Source: Chlorokybus atmophyticus (Eukaryota; Plantae; Mesostigma and Chlorokybus algae). Taken from it: a DNA stretch of 64,000 nucleotides. The notes below the pieces were generated by a model that had not been told where the DNA came from, searched no databases, and saw only the letters and a program-made list of their open reading frames with translations. Below are positions 49,203 through 61,342 of this stretch, piece by piece. The translations under genes were made by a program, and so were the position numbers. The stretch's first letter is position 1; every line of letters begins with the position of its first letter. The DNA is taken from contig RHPI01002069.1 in assembly GCA_009103225.1 (NCBI GenBank), positions 1,017,378-1,081,377 of the forward strand, given 5' to 3'.

Positions 49203-51974
49203 CTATCGGCTGGCCACAGGAGCCCTGCGCAACGCATTATTTTGCAATTCACTGCTCCTGCTTGTTCCAGATTCTGAAGAAGGTTGCGTGACTCGTGGCA
49301 GCTTTGCGGAGTCGAGTATCCTCCGGATTTCCTCTGCGGCCAATGCCGCAGCTGTGGTGTCCATCCCAGCAGCAGCCAGCTGTTCCAAACGAGCATGCGC
49401 TGCCTCAGCTTCTGCCCACAGAAGCCTGCACGAGGCAAAAGTAGCTGAGAAACTTGCAACTGTGACTCAACTAGCTTGAGTGGTGCTACCAAGATAAGAC
49501 GTAGACAAATGCTGACAAAACTTTCAAGATCACAAAGCAGACAATTTCAGGCATCTGGGAAACAACAGCGACAGAACGATACAGTGCAAACTATAATGTA
49601 CCTCGCTCGGTCCTCTAACAGTCTTCGCCGAGCCAACAGCTTCTGCTCTTGCTGCTGCTGCTGTTCACTTATCTGCGCCGAACGAGTGGACGGCTTGCCC
49701 TTCCTAGGCTTCGGGCTGTCATCCCCTCGCTGTGCACTCTCTACCTTACTGCGGTAGTCCTGTGCAGTTCAACAATGTGATTAGGCCAGGCTACGATGCC
49801 ATGCTTACAGAGAAGCAATTTACATCATTGCTGCTATGCCTGACGACAACCACGACAATAAACCAAAACAGCATGCAGTGTTACCACCGTGACTGGACTG
49901 ATTGAATGACATATGCAGCTTGCATTGTCAACAATAATTTCCAGACCACATCTTTGCGGCGTGAACTTTACACTTTATTGGACCACACCTTGCACATCAG
50001 ACTACATAACCCCTCGCACCCTGTCAATCAAACTTCTTCTGCATGTCAAACCAACATAAGACGCAACATACCGGGTCTCGCCATTTGGCTCGTATGGCTT
50101 CAGCAATGCGTTCCCGATGGGTGGTTGACTTGAACAGCCGAGACGACACCACATCATGACCTTGTGACACGGCCAATTTTTCCTTGACCTCCTCAAGCAG
50201 TGACTCTGCTCACAACAAGAGGCATAAGCAACTAGAGAGCACCAACCAACCAACAGCACCACTCCTACGCAAGCACCGTTTCTCGCCAGCGCGCTGCTGA
50301 GCTTTATGATGCGCACACAATCGCAGAGCATGCAATCAGTGCCGCCTGCATGCTGGTAACTCAGAATCTGCACTGTACCTCGTACTTGGTCCGTAAGCAA
50401 GCCCTTCCGCTGCAGCTGCCGGAGTGCCTCCAGCTCAGACCGACATGTCTTCCACGGCTCGGTGTGCACATTGTCTGCTTTGGGATAGTAGTAGCGGTCC
50501 CACTTTCCTGAGGCGCGCCTCCTTTGCACGCAGTTGTAAAACGTGTGCAGAAACTGGCATTCCGGTTCAAACGGGCGCTGTGTCTGATCAGCGTCTGGTG
50601 CCGCACTCGAACTGGGCCGCTCAACTGCTGCTTTGCCCTGAGGCTTGGCATCCTCTCCGGCAGCCTCCGCAGCCGCAGTGACAGCAGCCTTCCGCAACTT
50701 TCTCGCGGCCACCATGGCTGCACTGATTTTCTGTCGAGTCTCCAAGCTGCATGCAACAACATTGTCAACTTTGTTGTGTTAAAACCAAGCGCTGTCTCAG
50801 ACTGTCCAATGGCCAATGCTCGCACCTTTGCTTGCGCCCATTTATTCTTAGCTTCTCCCGAATCTGGACATTGCAAGATACGACACTAGGTCACACGTAC
50901 TGTCATAGACTGACATGACATATGCTGCAACTTTGCGCAGAGTCCACTCCGTAATGATCAGCGAGCAAAGCAGCCAACACTTGCTAGTGCTATCACTACC
51001 ACCATGCGACGCATCAAACAAGTAGCAGATGGTAACTGCAATAACTAACGCACCTCTGGCCTTTGCATAGCTATTTTTGTTCGCTCCCTTATCCTAGCCT
51101 TTGTTTCTGAACGCAGTGGGTGGAGTTAGTTTGCAGACGAGACACAGTGTTGTTAAGCACATCATGCTTGAATGCTGCAATACTGCAATGGATGTTCAAT
51201 ACCTTCGCTGTGCTTTTTGCCAATATTCCACGGCATCTTGCCGCGGTTGGCTGAGGCAATTCTCTGGCGACGTAAGCGCTCCTTCGGAGCTACCTGGTCT
51301 GTACCTTGCAACTGTGCTGCCTCATTAGCATCCAACTGTGCGGGTGCAGGTGCAACGAAAGGCGCCTCTGAAGAGCTGCTAGATGCATCCTCACGGGCCT
51401 TATCTGAGTGCCAACCATCGCTCGTAACTACGCCGCTACCCAACCCCAACAATGAATGCTCCTGCAATCGTGCGCTGACCGGAGCTGCCAGCGCCTGGCT
51501 GTGAACAAAAGCACTGCTGCCGCTTGCAAATTGCAATCCAATCTGCACCACCAGTGGCAGGCATGAGCGGCAGAAGGTAATGCAATGACACGGCCAAGCA
51601 CAATGTGTATGCCTACCTCGCCTGCATTTCTGTACACGGCATCCTGCTGCCTGCTAGGCGCTTGCACTGCGTTTACTTGCCGACTGGCATGGCTGACCAC
51701 ACGCACCCGCCTGATACCTGTTGGACACAGTGGTTACATACAATCCACTGCGTGCCTGCAATCATAAGCAATTCTATCTTCCTTGATTGCCGCACTGTCA
51801 TTGTGCTTGTCACAAGTCAATTGAACTTGCAATTTGCTTACAATGCTGGGTGCGGCTTCGCAAAACCGGGCCGGAGCTTGCTTGATGGTCATAATGATGC
51901 CGGTCGCCAGCTGGAGCGCTGAACGGCGTGCGGCACGCCAGGCAGACAGTGGAGGCTATGGTTGCACCTGCCAT
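49203..51974 (-). CDS. NUMOD3-motif protein (plant plastid-type family)
   Basis: KERLRRQRIASANRGKMPWNIGKKHSE|TKARIRERTKIAMQRPE and ETRQKISAAM match the plant KERLRRMRISKANKGNTPWNKGRKHS family. The 3' end is uncertain. Confidence 0.75.
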
Positions 51975-52490
51975 CTAGCTGCCCACACCGGCGGACGCCG
52001 CCGACGGCCAGTACAACGGCGGCGACCACGGTGATCACCACGAAGACACAATGAAGCTCAAAACCTGGCAATTGGCAGGCGCCGCAGCCTGGTAGTCACG
52101 CCACACCAGCCAGGCCGTAGCTGTGTGAATGCCGTCGCCGGATCAGGGCCTCAGAACAAAACGTGCAATCCCACTGTAGGTAGCAAACGTCCCAGCACCC
52201 AACATGCCGCCACCAACCACACCGCCACCGCCACCGCCACCGCCGTCAGCTACACGTCGGCGGCGCTGCCCATAGACACGCACTTCCTCATCCATACACT
52301 GCTGCAAAGTGTGGACGCCATCCACTTTATTTCACTGAAACTCTGTGCACAAGTGAACTGTTGCAGCGATCGTTTCATTGAATCACTATGTATGTGAGTC
52401 AATGGCAGAGGCGTTGCCGACGTGGTGTGCTTTGGCTTGCGCCGCGGTGTACAGCGCGTTTTTGTTGCCCTGAGGCCGGAGTGATCACTC

Positions 52491-52506
52491 AAACCCTAAC
52501 CCTAAT
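52491..52506 (+). promoter_or_regulatory. Tandem telo-box just 5' of ClpR4
   Basis: AAACCCTAACCCTAAT, about 40 bp upstream of the ATG. Confidence 0.6.
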
Positions 52507-52542
52507 CTGCTCTCAGCGGTGTGGTCGGCGGTGCTGGGCGAC

Positions 52543-54893
52543 ATGGGGCCGGCGGTGGCGTCGTCGGGGGTGTTGACGTTGAGCGCATCTTTGTCGACAT
52601 CTTCCGCCGTGACACGCCTTCCAAACACGCGGAGCGGTAAGGAAATCTTTTGCAGGTGGCCTGGATGCAGTATTTTTGCAATGGCGTGAAGTGTCCCTTT
52701 GTTGGCTGAACTGCATGCATCTAAGCGCGCTTGTGTATGTAGCACCAGTAATTTTGAAACGCTGTGCGACTCATACATCTAAAGGATTGGTGGTCATGGG
52801 CACGTTTGTTCAAGTGCGGTCATGCGTTACAGTTATAAGGCAGACACGGATGTTGTTGTGTAGTCCAAACGTCCTGGCAATTGAGTATGCTAACACAAGT
52901 GGTGTTACTCACTTCACAGGATGGCAATTTAGATGCTTACCATGCGCGTTGCATTGCTTTCAGAGTTAGTTTTCAGCTGCGTTGCTTCAGGCGAGGGTTT
53001 TCTACTGCCTTGAGTTGCACACATGTACACTGATATTGTTCACACCATGTTGGATTAGGTACATGTGAACGAGACAGTCTTGACACTTCCAACACAGAAG
53101 CATGTGTCACGGCATGCATTTCCGGCATTGATGCATTTATGTCGCTAGTGCTTGTAGTGCTTTTGAGTGCACACAGGTACACTGACATCCTTCAACTATG
53201 TTTAGTAGGGTATACGTGAACAAGACCTAATCACCGTGAAGACTGTCTTCTTATTTTTTTCTTCATACAGTAGCCTGCGTCGCTGCAATTTCGGCATTAT
53301 TGTCGTTGTGTTGGTAATATGCATATCCGTTGTTTAGCTGAGCGATCTTGCAGGTTCACGTGGAGGGGTTGGTCATGCGCTAGTGCACACGCCAGTGCGA
53401 AGCAGCGCGCGAGGAGGCGGGTTTGTAGGTGATGAAAGGTTGAGTTTGCCCACGTTGCGGACATTGCAACAACACAGAAGCTCGCGGAAACACCTTGTGA
53501 TCCAGAATGTAAGCTGTTCTTGTTCACAACATAGTGCTAGTGCATGAGTTCGGATTGTGCCAATGGTATTTGGGTGACCAGTTACGCCATCAGCATGAAA
53601 GTTTGATTCCAGTAGTGAGCTTCAAGCGCAGTTGGTTGCGAGTAATTCTATGCTACTCTAATGGTATATATATGCTTTCCGTGTTTGCTACATTCTGCAG
53701 GTCATCCCGCAGACGCAAGGGGAGGCGTATACGCAAACACCTCCAGATCTGCCGTCTTATCTTTTCAAGCAGCGCATCATCTACCTTGGGATGACGCTGG
53801 TGCCCTCAGTGACAGAATTGATTCTAGCGCAGCTGATGTATCTACAATGGGACGACAACAAAAAGCCCATCTACATGTACATCAACTCAACGGGTGTACA
53901 AAAAGTACGTTTCAAGTTGTACTCCACAGAGGCAGTTTTGGACTGCTGTTGAACCCTTTCATGATCAGGGAGGAGAGAAGTATGGATTTGAAACGGAGGC
54001 ATTTGCTATTATTGACACCATCCAGTAAGTTGCAACATTGCGATGAGTGTCTTTGCGTTGTACATGTGCAGGGCAGGAGTATGTTGTGCTGCCTGTGTCC
54101 TTCAGTTGGCAGTCATTGTGGCACATACAGCAGCAACAGGGGGTGACCAATGCTTGCTCTGTTAGGTACATGGCGGCGCCCATCTACACACTTGCCATTG
54201 GTAATGCTTACGGAGAGGCTGCAATGCTCTTGGCGGCTGGTGCAAAGGGCCATCGTGCGGCGCTGCCATCAGCATCAATTATGATCCGTGAGGTGGGGCA
54301 GTGGATATGAGTGTGAATGATTGTGCACGCATGCATCACAATGTGCTGCTTCCTGCCACTTCGAAGCTTCTGCAAGGGAGAGTTGTCTGTGGTTACTGTT
54401 GAAGGGTTTGCTGCTGGGTTGCTAACGCCTTCTTGTGGGTTGCAGCCCATCCAACAATTCAGGGGACAAGCCACAGACATCATGACACAGCGCAACCTAA
54501 TGCGGCAAACCAACAGAGAGATTGTGAGTACTTTTGTCTGGCGACCAACCCATGTCTTGGTTGATGCCATTGGCGTATGGTACTTATTCCTGTTTTGCTG
54601 CAGGCGCTGCATCTGTCGCAATGCACAGGCCATCCAATTGACAAGATTGCTGCAGACGTGAGGCGACCAAAGTATTTCACCCCGCATGAAGCCAAGGAGT
54701 ACGGTCTCATTGACATGGTAATTGATGGTGCCGTGGCTTCAAGTGCTGGCCGCTACAGACTGTTAATCCGGCAGCTTATGTTTCGCAATTTACATCTGTC
54801 TTGTTTCGTATATGCTAGGTGTTGGAGGCTCCAAAGAAGCAACCATACGTTCCTGAAGAACTTCGCGGCGGATATGCATCAGGTGTCATCTAA
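52543..54893 (+). CDS. CLPR4: Plastid Clp protease non-catalytic subunit ClpR4
   Basis: PPDLPSYLFKQRIIYLGMTLVPSVTELILAQLMYLQWDDNKKPIYMYINSTG, IGNAYGEAAMLLAAG (no catalytic Ser), FRGQATD, RRPKYFTPHEAKEYGLID. Transit-peptide-like first exon. Confidence 0.9.
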
Positions 54894-55214
54894 GCAGATG
54901 AGGCTGCTGCTTGCAAGCCTGTACAGAGGCAGGGACCTTGCGTTTTTCGGATTGTGCAGTGAGTAGAGCTCGCGCGTAGAGTTGAACAAGCAAGTGCTTC
55001 AGCCAAGTTGTGTTGTGAGCTGAGTACTGCCAACATTGTGACACCTAGAGTCTTCAGGCCGCATGTCGTTGTGTTTGCTAAAACACAGAGCTATGAATGG
55101 CGTTGAGCAAGGCGTGTTGGTTACATTATTTGGTAACCATAGAAGCAATGTGCTGTCCTAAAGAACTCTTTACAAATCGTACGCAGCAGCTACAGCTCAG
55201 ACCTGCAGCTGTGT

Positions 55215-56837
55215 CTATGAGTTGACGCAGCTTTCATATGTGGGTACCATGTACTTGATGTTGATGAAGGCGTCCTCACCTCCGCGCTCCTCAAATAGCT
55301 CCAAGCACCTCTGCACCAGCTCCCCAATGTTCTTGTTCTTCTGCTGGGCATAGTCAATGCAGTCACCGATGTTCTTGTCGTTGGACTTGAACAGGTTCAG
55401 GACTGGCAGTATTTGCCTGTAGTATGGCACCAGCGCCTCTCCCACAAGCTCTTCACTCTCCACCAGCTTCATCAGCAACTGTGGCAAAGGAGTCAACAGT
55501 CAGCAGGTGATTGGCCCATGAGGACACGTGTTGCGCGCTTCACGGTTTGTGCGTTGTTAAAGTGTTGAACCGGTACCTGCAGTGTGATGGTAATGACAGA
55601 TGGGTCCCTGGTGTTGAGAGCTGTCTTGATCGGAATGATAAGCTGTGGCACAACGGGTAGCACTTTGCCGCGGCCTGCCCTGAGCATGTCCTCAACACCC
55701 TGTTAGATTGGGTCTGTCAGCAGTCAATATGGTGCAAGATACTGCAGTGGAACTTTGTCAACACTGAGCTGCCCTGAAAGTTTGTATGAGGCACGTATAT
55801 GCCATGTCACTCACCTTCACTGCAAGGAACCGATAAGGCTCTTCCTTCTCGCGGATGCCGTCAAAGAATATGGGCAAGTAGTGGTGGTAGTCGAGCTTGG
55901 AGACCTCCACCTGTTAACATGAAACCAACGGTTCGCTTATCTATCATTCCTGTCACTGTACTTGTCGTCATACGGTAGTGTAGACCCAATTTTACAGACA
56001 GTGCACAGCAGCGACGCACCGCAGCTTATTGCGAGTGCATATTCCCTTCCTTGACTCAACTAATGTCTCACCTTCCAGCTGATGACGTTCTTCACACCCT
56101 TGTGCTCCACCGCCACCGGCAGGTCCCCCCTCTCATAGAACTTGCGGAACTGAACATACACAGTAGTGTGGTAATGTTTGTTACAGTAGCGAATAGATTA
56201 GTAGTTGAGCTTAGCCCGGTGATTGTGTGTGGTGACGTAAGAAATGACTGTGCTGGTGAGTATACTGGTCACGGCCTGTGCTGGTTGTTGCATAAGCACG
56301 CATAAATTCCTACGCATCTCCTATACACACACTAACTCAACCTAGTGTCCTACGCATTTCCTAAATACACACCAACTCGACCTCTCAACCCCACTGCACC
56401 AACACCCACAACAGTGCGCACACCCCACCCCCGCCTACCTGCGTATTGGGCGGGTTGTCCCTCTGCTTGAACGCTCCCGCCTTGGGCGGCGCCACCGCCT
56501 TGGTTGGCACCTGCTTCATCTCCCCCGCCTTAACCTTCTCTCCATCTCCCTTCTTCACAAAGCTCTTCGGGTCCGGTTTCGGCGATGGCCACCTGTACGT
56601 CCCGTCGCAGGCGTAGTAGGGGAGGTCCTCTTCCTTCACGTGGAGAGGCGGGTGAGCGCCGGCGCGACGGGAAGAAGAGACGGGAGCGGTCTGGTCGAAG
56701 GGGGAACCGGTTTGGGGAGCGCGAGGGTGAGCGGCGTTGGCGGAGACGCCGCCTTTACCGCCGTTGCCGCGGATCTTGGTCTCGCAGTATTCCCAGACGA
56801 AGAGTTGGCCAGCGACGTCACCCGCCAACCCAGACAT
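55215..56837 (-). CDS. PACRG: Parkin co-regulated gene protein (axonemal inner-junction protein)
   Basis: NPPNT|[86 protein letters not shown]. Confidence 0.97.
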
Positions 56838-57230
56838 TGTGCTCTCTGTCTCTTCACCCAAGCCAACTGCACCAGACTCTGCTACCTTACAAACACCCTA
56901 CACACTCGTGCACGCACACACCCACACACCCACACACACGCACACACGCACGCCCAAACACACGCCTGGAGTGCTCTCTCCCTGTGTGTCTCATTCTACG
57001 CTCCCCACCTCGCTGCTGCCTGCCTCCTCCTGTCGGTGTGGTTGTGCGTGTGTTTGTGGTGACTGCTATCCCCAACCTAGGTTAGGTTACACTACTCTCT
57101 TCTCCTCCCGCACTGTAGTCAATGTGTATGTGTGCATGCACCCCAGCAGCATGACGTGCTCGCCTATACGCCTATTCAGCTATTTCTGGCTTTGACCAAT
57201 GGCACAGGGAGCCTTAGCTCACGTGACCCG

Positions 57231-57304
57231 CGCACAGCGCTGTGCGATTGCGCACAAGATCAACTCACTTGTGCCAACATCGCACAACACCGCACAAGGC
57301 ACAT
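57231..57304. promoter_or_regulatory. CGCACA motif cluster with a 16-bp palindrome in the PACRG-centrin intergenic region
   Basis: CGCACAGCGCTGTGCG (57231-57246) is a perfect palindrome; CGCACAA also occurs at 57251, 57281 and 57291. Confidence 0.4.
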
Positions 57305-57761
57305 CGCAACTGTAAAAAGGTCGGAAAACAGGGAAGCCGAGATGGGCTTCGCTACATCTCTGACTACTGAACTCCAATTCGGCTTGTGATCGAACCGACG
57401 CTGCTATCTCCGCTATCTTTGACCGCCGCTGAGTGACGCCATAATGGCTGCGTGCTTGCGCGTTGTTCATCCAGTAGCGAGCGAAAAGCGGAAATGAGCG
57501 GTAAGGGCGGCTAATTAAGCGAGAAAAGGCGCTGCCCTAACCGTCTGGTAAGAGTTTTGTTTTGGGCGCGGACGTTGCCGTTGTTGCTGCGGGCGTAGGT
57601 GTTGTTGTCGTGGTGGGCGGCTGGGGGCAATCTCTTTGCACAGGAAGCAGGGGCGCTGGCTAATTTCCCTGTGACTGAATTGTCCTAGCTGAGGGTTGCC
57701 TTTGCGGGCTAGGCTGGGCTGGGCTGGGCTGGGGGAGGCTTTGTCCACCACTGCTTGAGCA

Positions 57762-59356
<1,595 letters not shown>

Positions 59357-59859
59357 ACTGTACGTCTAGATGGTACTATAGCTACCTGTCTCCCAACAGC
59401 TGTACTGATTGTATAGGATATTGCCAAAAGCTCAATACTGGCACAACCAACATGTGCCATCAATATCACCACGTGGATCATGCGTTCTGTTGCGTTTGCT
59501 TATGATTGGCAGGCAGACACTTACACAATGGCATGCTCGCACTTTGATTTGCAGCTGGCACCGAGCAACTTTGCACTGCACGTGTCTCATTAACAGAAGT
59601 TCGTGATTTGCACATGACCTTACAGGTCCGTGTGGCGCAGAAGCTGTATTGAGAGTGTCATGATTGCAAAGAGTATTGAGGGGTGCCAATGGTTGACTGA
59701 CTTGCCATGGAATTTGTCGGTGACAGCATCTGCGCGGGATCACCTGAGCATAAGATAATATGATTCTCACAGTGCAGGTAATTCTATAAACTGTGCAGAT
59801 GCAAGAAACCATGTTACTATATTGCACACTTACTCTCCATTGCACACAACCCCACCACC

Positions 59860-60229
59860 CAACCCCACCACCCAACCCCACCGCAGCACCTGACTGCCAC
59901 TGGCACCCCAACCCCTAGCACACTGCACTGGCAGGACTAGCGGCATTGAACCACTACTGCCCGTGAGGGCGAGTCGCGGCAGGCATGCCAGCAGTAGCAT
60001 ACTGCTGACGTAGGCGATGCAACCCTGGCTGCGTCAACAGCAGCACGTAGTGCAAGGAGCGCACGTACTGCAAGCAGGGAGGCGGCAGGAAAGAGGCGGA
60101 GAGAGAGGGAGACAGAGGAGGGGGAGTCCGTCTGCTGTCTGCTACTGCTACCGCTCAGCCTCACCCGGTGCCTAACTGTTTGAATCGCCATGGTGTACAG
60201 GTAACTACGCATGCATGTTGACTAACGGG
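59860..60229 (+). repeat. 5' pseudo-LTR copy (matches 63631-64000)
   Basis: Constant offset of 3771 nt. One extra CAACCCCACCACC unit at 59847-59859. Confidence 0.92.
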
Positions 60230-60679
60230 GCAAGGGCTTAGCGAAGGTAGCTTCCTAGTATGTATAGGTAGCCCGGTGGTGTAACAAGTTGTTGTTTGCT
60301 GGCGTGTGCGAGTGCGCTTGTGTTTGCATGTGTCATGCATGTGCACAATGCAATGGGGTCACATGCATAGCATTGCATATACGCTACACACACTGCCCTG
60401 GTTGGTCAGTCCGACCGTCCCAAGCCAGAGGCCAGCCCAGCGCGCTTGCGCCATTTTGGGTAAGCGGCTGGCTACCCTATGCTACGGCATGGGTTCGTGC
60501 ATGACACACATGCGTTGTGTTTGACGGATGGTCATGGGTGTGGGTGTGCTGTACGTGGTGAGTGCTTGACCGGGAGCACTCTGCATGTGGAATTACTTTA
60601 GTTGGCCAGTGTATGGTTAGCTGCAAGTAGTGCCCACCCCGTTGGCTCATACATAGCAGTGCTACAAGGGAGCAGCGCC

Positions 60680-61342
60680 ATGGCGTCACCGACATGGGAT
60701 TGGCAGAACATCAAGGCTCGTGTGTTGGATGTGCATGGGCATTGGCAGCTGCCAGTGTTGAGGAGGCTACGCAAGCGAGTCCTACACATTTTGCACACAC
60801 CCTGGCGCCTGTCACCTACTGAAGACGACCACGTCATTTACGTCATCTACCTTCTGACTGGTTCAAAGAAGTGTTACGTTGGCATGACAGTGAATTCGGC
60901 ATTTCAGCGGTTCCAAGGACATTGGAGAGCTGCACAGCATGCTACTGCTACGTTGCTGGAACAAACCATGTGCAAGATACCGGTGCAGTCGTGGGGAGTG
61001 TCACCGGTGGAGCACATCCCGCCCTTGCCCAATGAAACCAACGATGATTGGCACCACCGTGCTGCACAGAAGGAGTGGTTGTGGACCCAGCGTTTGCGTA
61101 CGCACGTGCCTCGCGGATACAATGTGGAACATAGCCCCTACAAAAGTGCAAGACTACCACACTGGAGACGCCAACAGTTGAAGAGGCCACCGCAACCACG
61201 GCCACATGAACGACCTGGCAAAATATTTGGCTACAGAGATTTCTTCAGGCGCATCCAGAGACTGGCTGAGCGTGTACAACAACAACGCCTGACTCTGGCA
61301 AGTCTGCTCAAGTTCAAGCAGCGAACTTGTGCAAAATGTTAA
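60680..61342 (+). CDS. PLE GIY-YIG endonuclease region
   Basis: HVIYVIYLLTGSKKCYVGMT..AFQRFQGH..KEWLWTQRLRTHVPRGYN. Confidence 0.88.
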   Translation: MASPTWDWQNIKARVLDVHGHWQLPVLRRLRKRVLHILHTPWRLSPTEDDHVIYVIYLLTGSKKCYVGMTVNSAFQRFQGHWRAAQHATATLLEQTMCKIPVQSWGVSPVEHIPPLPNETNDDWHHRAAQKEWLWTQRLRTHVPRGYNVEHSPYKSARLPHWRRQQLKRPPQPRPHERPGKIFGYRDFFRRIQRLAERVQQQRLTLASLLKFKQRTCAKC

